A model generated the notes under the pieces. That model was not told where the DNA came from. It worked only from the letters and a program-made list of their open reading frames with translations, and did no database searches. The translations under genes were made by a program, and so were the position numbers. Of a stretch of DNA of 64,000 nucleotides, positions 60,833 through 64,000 are shown one piece after another. Origin of the DNA: Candidatus Limnocylindrales bacterium (GTDB lineage Bacteria > Chloroflexota > Limnocylindria > Limnocylindrales > CSP1-4); NCBI GenBank assembly GCA_025450915.1, contig JANWLH010000039.1:12719-76718 (forward strand). The letters run 5' to 3'. Within the stretch, counting starts at the first letter, position 1, and every line of letters starts with the position of its first letter.

Positions 60833-61318
60833 CTAGCGCGGAGCCTGGCCCGGGAGCGTTGGTCCGCCGCCGGCCACGGCGCGCTCGAGGATCTCGAGGA
60901 CCTTGTTCTGGCCATCGAGGATCTGGACCTGCTTCTTGCCCAGCTCGTGGAGCGAAACCAGCGTCGCGTGATCGGCCAGTGCGCGGGCGTCGCTTGCCGC
61001 CTGGGCCCGGTTGGCGCTCACCTGGAGCGAGATCATGATCGAGAGCTGGGGCAGGTTGAGCAGGGTCAGCAGGAGCGGCCAGGGTGTCTTGTCGAAGCCG
61101 ACGATGTTGCCGGCGAAGAGCCAGACCACGATGCCCACGGTGATCGCCACGAACAGGTACATCGAGCCGATGAGCTTGTTCACGAAGTCGGCGATGTGGT
61201 CGAGGACGGCCTCGCCCGAGATGTCCTTCGACGTGACCAGGCGGGGCACGTGGAGATGGGGCGCCGTGCTGGCCCGGGCCATCTCTTCCGCGGGGCTGAG
61301 CACCGATTCGTCGGCCAT
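60833..61318 (-). CDS. DUF1003-family small membrane protein
   Basis: 161 aa from MADESVLSP. 2 TM helices, then C-terminal ..NRAQAASDARALADHATLVSLHELGKKQVQILDGQNKVLE.. typical of DUF1003. Confidence 0.6.
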   Translation of the reverse strand: MADESVLSPAEEMARASTAPHLHVPRLVTSKDISGEAVLDHIADFVNKLIGSMYLFVAITVGIVVWLFAGNIVGFDKTPWPLLLTLLNLPQLSIMISLQVSANRAQAASDARALADHATLVSLHELGKKQVQILDGQNKVLEILERAVAGGGPTLPGQAPR

Positions 61319-61355
61319 GTGCGTACCACTCCTCCTGCAGGTTGGCCGGGCGTTC

Positions 61356-61901
61356 CTACGGCCCGACCACGGTCGCCCGGGAGACCTCCGGGTCGGTGAA
61401 CAGATCCAGATCATCGCGGCTCTGGGTCGAGAATTCCGAGACGATCGCGCCGTCGGGTCCCGCCTGGAACCAGTGGCGCGTGTCAGGCGGCACGGTGAAC
61501 TGCCCGCCGGGCCCGAGCTCGATCTCGCGGGCCGCCGTGTAGACGCCGAGCTCGGCGCGCGCCGGCCGGGCCTTCGGGTTGGCGGTCGGGGCCCCGTCGA
61601 CGTGGAGGTAGACGCGGCCGGCGCGGACTCGGAACGTCTCTTCCTTGCCCGGCGACCCCGGGTACGGGGGATGGCGATGCTCGGCGCAGGTCTGGTTCGG
61701 GAAGAGGACCAGCTCCTTGGCGCAGACACGCTCGGTGTTGACGTAGACGACGAGCTGGAGGCCGATCTCCTCGAGCTGGCCCAGGCCGAAGTCGGCGATC
61801 TCGATCGCCCCGATCTCGCCGGCCGTCAGGGCGATCCCCGCGGCGGCCAGCGCCGCCGCGGTCCGCTCGCGTGCGTCCTGGACCTGGCGCTGCGTCAGCA
61901 C
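61356..61901 (-). CDS. Cupin-fold sugar isomerase (D-lyxose/D-mannose ketol-isomerase-like)
   Basis: ..VNTERVCAKELVLFPNQTCAEHRHPP.. metal-binding cupin motif, like YdaE-type lyxose isomerases. Confidence 0.6.
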   Translation of the reverse strand: MLTQRQVQDARERTAAALAAAGIALTAGEIGAIEIADFGLGQLEEIGLQLVVYVNTERVCAKELVLFPNQTCAEHRHPPYPGSPGKEETFRVRAGRVYLHVDGAPTANPKARPARAELGVYTAAREIELGPGGQFTVPPDTRHWFQAGPDGAIVSEFSTQSRDDLDLFTDPEVSRATVVGP

Positions 61902-61973
61902 GCCCGCGGCACCCGGAGCGCTACTGGTGGATCGATCGGAGACGCATCGGGCGCATTGTGCGCCTCCCGCTGG

Positions 61974-63380
61974 CTAGCCTCCGGGCACGATCTCGAGGAC
62001 CTGGCCCGTGTCGCCGATCGCGCCCAGCTGATCGCGGGTCAGGACGTACAGCTCGCCCGCGGCGTCCTCTCCGAAGCCGGCCACGAATCCCAGCCGCGGG
62101 TCGCCGGTGATCGACAGCCTTGCCCACGGCCAGGTTCCGGCGCCGCCCGACGGCGTCGCCGCCAGGATCGAGCCGCGGCCGATGGGCGTGTTGCCGGTCC
62201 AGTCCTGGGACAGGTCGGCGAAGACGTACTTGCCGGCGAGGCTCGAGATCGCGCTGCCGTGGTAGACGAAGCCGCCGACGATCGCGATCCCGACCGCGGC
62301 GTGGGTGTACTCGAAGACCGGATCGATCAGCGGCCTGCCGCGCTTGTCGGTCGATGCGCACGTCGGGACATCGGAGAGGGGCGCCGTGACATCCAGGCAG
62401 TGGAGTCCCTCGCGGATCGGCCAGCCGTAGTTGCCGCCGGCAACGATCACGTCGACCTCCTCGTACCGACCCCAGCCGACGTCGCTCGCGAGGAGCCGGT
62501 GCTGGCCGGCCGGCTCCCACGAGAAGCGCCACGGATTGCGCAGGCCGAAGGCGTAGATCTCGGGCCGCCCACCGCTCCTGGCAAAGGGGTTGTCGGCAGG
62601 GATCGTGTAGCCGGACGCGCCGCTCACGTCGATCCGCAGGATCTTGCCGTTGAGCCTGCTCGTGTCCTGGGCGTTGCCCCCGGCTGCATGGCCCGGGCCG
62701 ACGTCGCCTTCACTGCCGCCGTCACCGACGCCGATGTACAGGTCGCCGTCCGGCCCGAAGCCCAGCCCGCCGCCGTTGTGGTTGGCCTGGGGCTGCTCGA
62801 ACTGGAGGATCCGCTGCTCGGACGCCGGGTCGACCTGGTTCGGGTTGCCGGCGCTGACCCGGAACGAGCTGACGACGTCCGTGTGGTCCATGCCCGCGGC
62901 CGCGCCCTTGCGCAGCTTCGCCGTGTAGTCGACGAAGACCCGGCCGGTCGTTGCGAAGCTCGGGTCGAATGCCAAGCCGAGCAGGCCGCGCTCGTCGTAG
63001 CTCGGGTCGAGGCTGGGCATCTCGGCGCTCACGTCGAGGAACGGCTGGGGCAGCAGGCTGCCGCTGGCAATGATGAAGACCTTGCCGGTCTGGTCGATCA
63101 CGAAGAGCCGGCCGGTCGAGTCGGGCGCGCCGACGAGGCCATCCGGGCCGGGCAGGCCGTTGGCGATCTCCCTCACGCCGATGTCGGCGGGCGGCAGGGT
63201 GACGTGGGGCTTGGCGCTCGGCGCGGTCGATGCCGTCGCGAGGGGCGGCGTCGACGCGCCGGCCGAGGCGCCTGGTGCGGCGGTGAAACCAGCGGGCGGC
63301 GTGCTCGAGCAGCCGATCACCGACAGCGCGGCGGCCAGGACGAGGATCGCCGACTGGGTTCTCCCGATGCGCCGCGTCAC
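61974..63380 (-). CDS. PQQ-dependent sugar dehydrogenase (soluble glucose/sorbosone dehydrogenase-like beta-propeller), lipoprotein
   Basis: Lipobox AAALSVIGCSS. ..HNGGGLGFGPDGDLYIGVGDGG.. and ..YAFGLRNPWRFSWEP.. sGDH signatures. Confidence 0.8.
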   Translation of the reverse strand: MTRRIGRTQSAILVLAAALSVIGCSSTPPAGFTAAPGASAGASTPPLATASTAPSAKPHVTLPPADIGVREIANGLPGPDGLVGAPDSTGRLFVIDQTGKVFIIASGSLLPQPFLDVSAEMPSLDPSYDERGLLGLAFDPSFATTGRVFVDYTAKLRKGAAAGMDHTDVVSSFRVSAGNPNQVDPASEQRILQFEQPQANHNGGGLGFGPDGDLYIGVGDGGSEGDVGPGHAAGGNAQDTSRLNGKILRIDVSGASGYTIPADNPFARSGGRPEIYAFGLRNPWRFSWEPAGQHRLLASDVGWGRYEEVDVIVAGGNYGWPIREGLHCLDVTAPLSDVPTCASTDKRGRPLIDPVFEYTHAAVGIAIVGGFVYHGSAISSLAGKYVFADLSQDWTGNTPIGRGSILAATPSGGAGTWPWARLSITGDPRLGFVAGFGEDAAGELYVLTRDQLGAIGDTGQVLEIVPGG

Positions 63381-63680
63381 CCGCGCGGGTCGTTTCGCCG
63401 GGTCACGCGGAGCAGCCAGTCGTAGCCCGGATAGCCCAGGGCGAGGACGGCGATCCAGACGGCGCCGCCGCCAACCCACAGCCACCAGCCGGGCGTGCCG
63501 ACCTGGCGCTCGGCCGAAACGGCGATCCCGACGACTGGGCGAGGACCGCTTCGATCGTCACGAGCAGGCCGACGAGCTCGGCGCGCTGGTTGCCGCTCCG
63601 GCGCAGGATCGGCTGGGCGCGGTTCAGCCAGAACCAGACCGCCGCGACCGCGCACGCGAGGGGCAGGATCGCGAGGACGC
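63377..63680 (-). pseudogene. Small membrane protein ORF apparently split by a frameshift (~63535), or a sequencing error
   Basis: Two overlapping frames encode contiguous hydrophobic segments [34 protein letters not shown] and VGIAVSAERQVGTPGWWLWVGGGAVWIAVLALGYPGYDWLL. Stop is adjacent to the PQQ-dehydrogenase start. Confidence 0.3.
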
Positions 63681-63991
63681 TCACGGCGTCACCGGCTCGA
63701 GCACGAAGACTGGAATCTGGCGTCTGGTCCGGGTCTGGTACCTGGCATCGTCGGGCCAGGTTGCGATGGCCCGTGCCCACCAGGCCGCCTTCTCGTCGTC
63801 GCTCACCTCGCGGGCCAGGTAGTCGAGCTTCGTCGGGCCATCCTGGAGCTCGACATGGTCAGGACGATGATCGGCCGGCCGCGCAGGTCGTTGCCTTCGG
63901 CGCCGCCGGTGGCCTCGTACAGCTCGACCTGGCGTCGTGCCCAACGGGCCCTGCTCGGTGCAAACTCTCCGGTCAGCGGCATGGCAGCCAT
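63681..63991 (-). pseudogene. F420H2-dependent nitroreductase/quinone reductase (Ddn, DUF385 family) remnant with internal ~45-aa deletion plus frameshift
   Basis: N-terminal frame [24 protein letters not shown] matches the Ddn N-terminus. C-terminal frame [47 protein letters not shown] matches the Ddn C-terminus. The central PLYxxDG..VASxGG..NPxWYxNL core is missing. Confidence 0.6.
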
Positions 63992-64000
63992 TCTAGATTC

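Overview
This is a high-GC (about 70%) bacterial chromosomal segment. I found about 60 protein-coding genes and no rRNA, tRNA or CRISPR array. The gene content is most consistent with an actinobacterial-type (Terrabacteria) genome. The evidence is an HspR-controlled heat-shock operon, a CeoB/CeoC-like TrkA pair next to an Rv2690c-like permease, an F420-type Ddn nitroreductase remnant, and Ala/Pro/Lys/Arg-rich nucleoid-type tails.

The most unusual region is 1–9.1 kb, a minus-strand complex I (nuo) operon in the non-canonical order nuoA-B-C-D-H-I'-F-G'-J.
- The I' gene is a half-NuoI (one [4Fe-4S] motif) fused to the cluster-less N-terminal domain of NuoE.
- NuoF appears to lack one Cys of the N3 motif.
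- The NuoG position is occupied by a fusion of a NuoG-type [2Fe-2S] domain, a glutamate-synthase-small-subunit (GltD)-like flavoprotein and multi-[4Fe-4S] ferredoxin domains, with no molybdopterin-like domain.
- A MidA/NDUFAF7-type methyltransferase sits directly upstream.

The rest of the window contains:
- Housekeeping genes folK, glpX and purH.
- A 0.9-kb non-coding island between convergent genes carrying two tandem MITE-like elements with perfect 13-bp terminal inverted repeats.
- The hspR–lon–dnaJ-like–clpB–nudix operon.
- A permease–usp–trkA–trkA operon.
- csoR with a perfect 8-3-8 palindromic operator.
- The livKHMGF operon.
- An NYN-nuclease with an RGG/AT-hook disordered tail.
- holB and acyP.
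- A putative PD-(D/E)xK gene pair.
- A GGDEF–HD-GYP protein.
- The glpK–glpABC–panE–plsY cluster.
- A PQQ sugar dehydrogenase.
- A deleted and frameshifted Ddn pseudogene.
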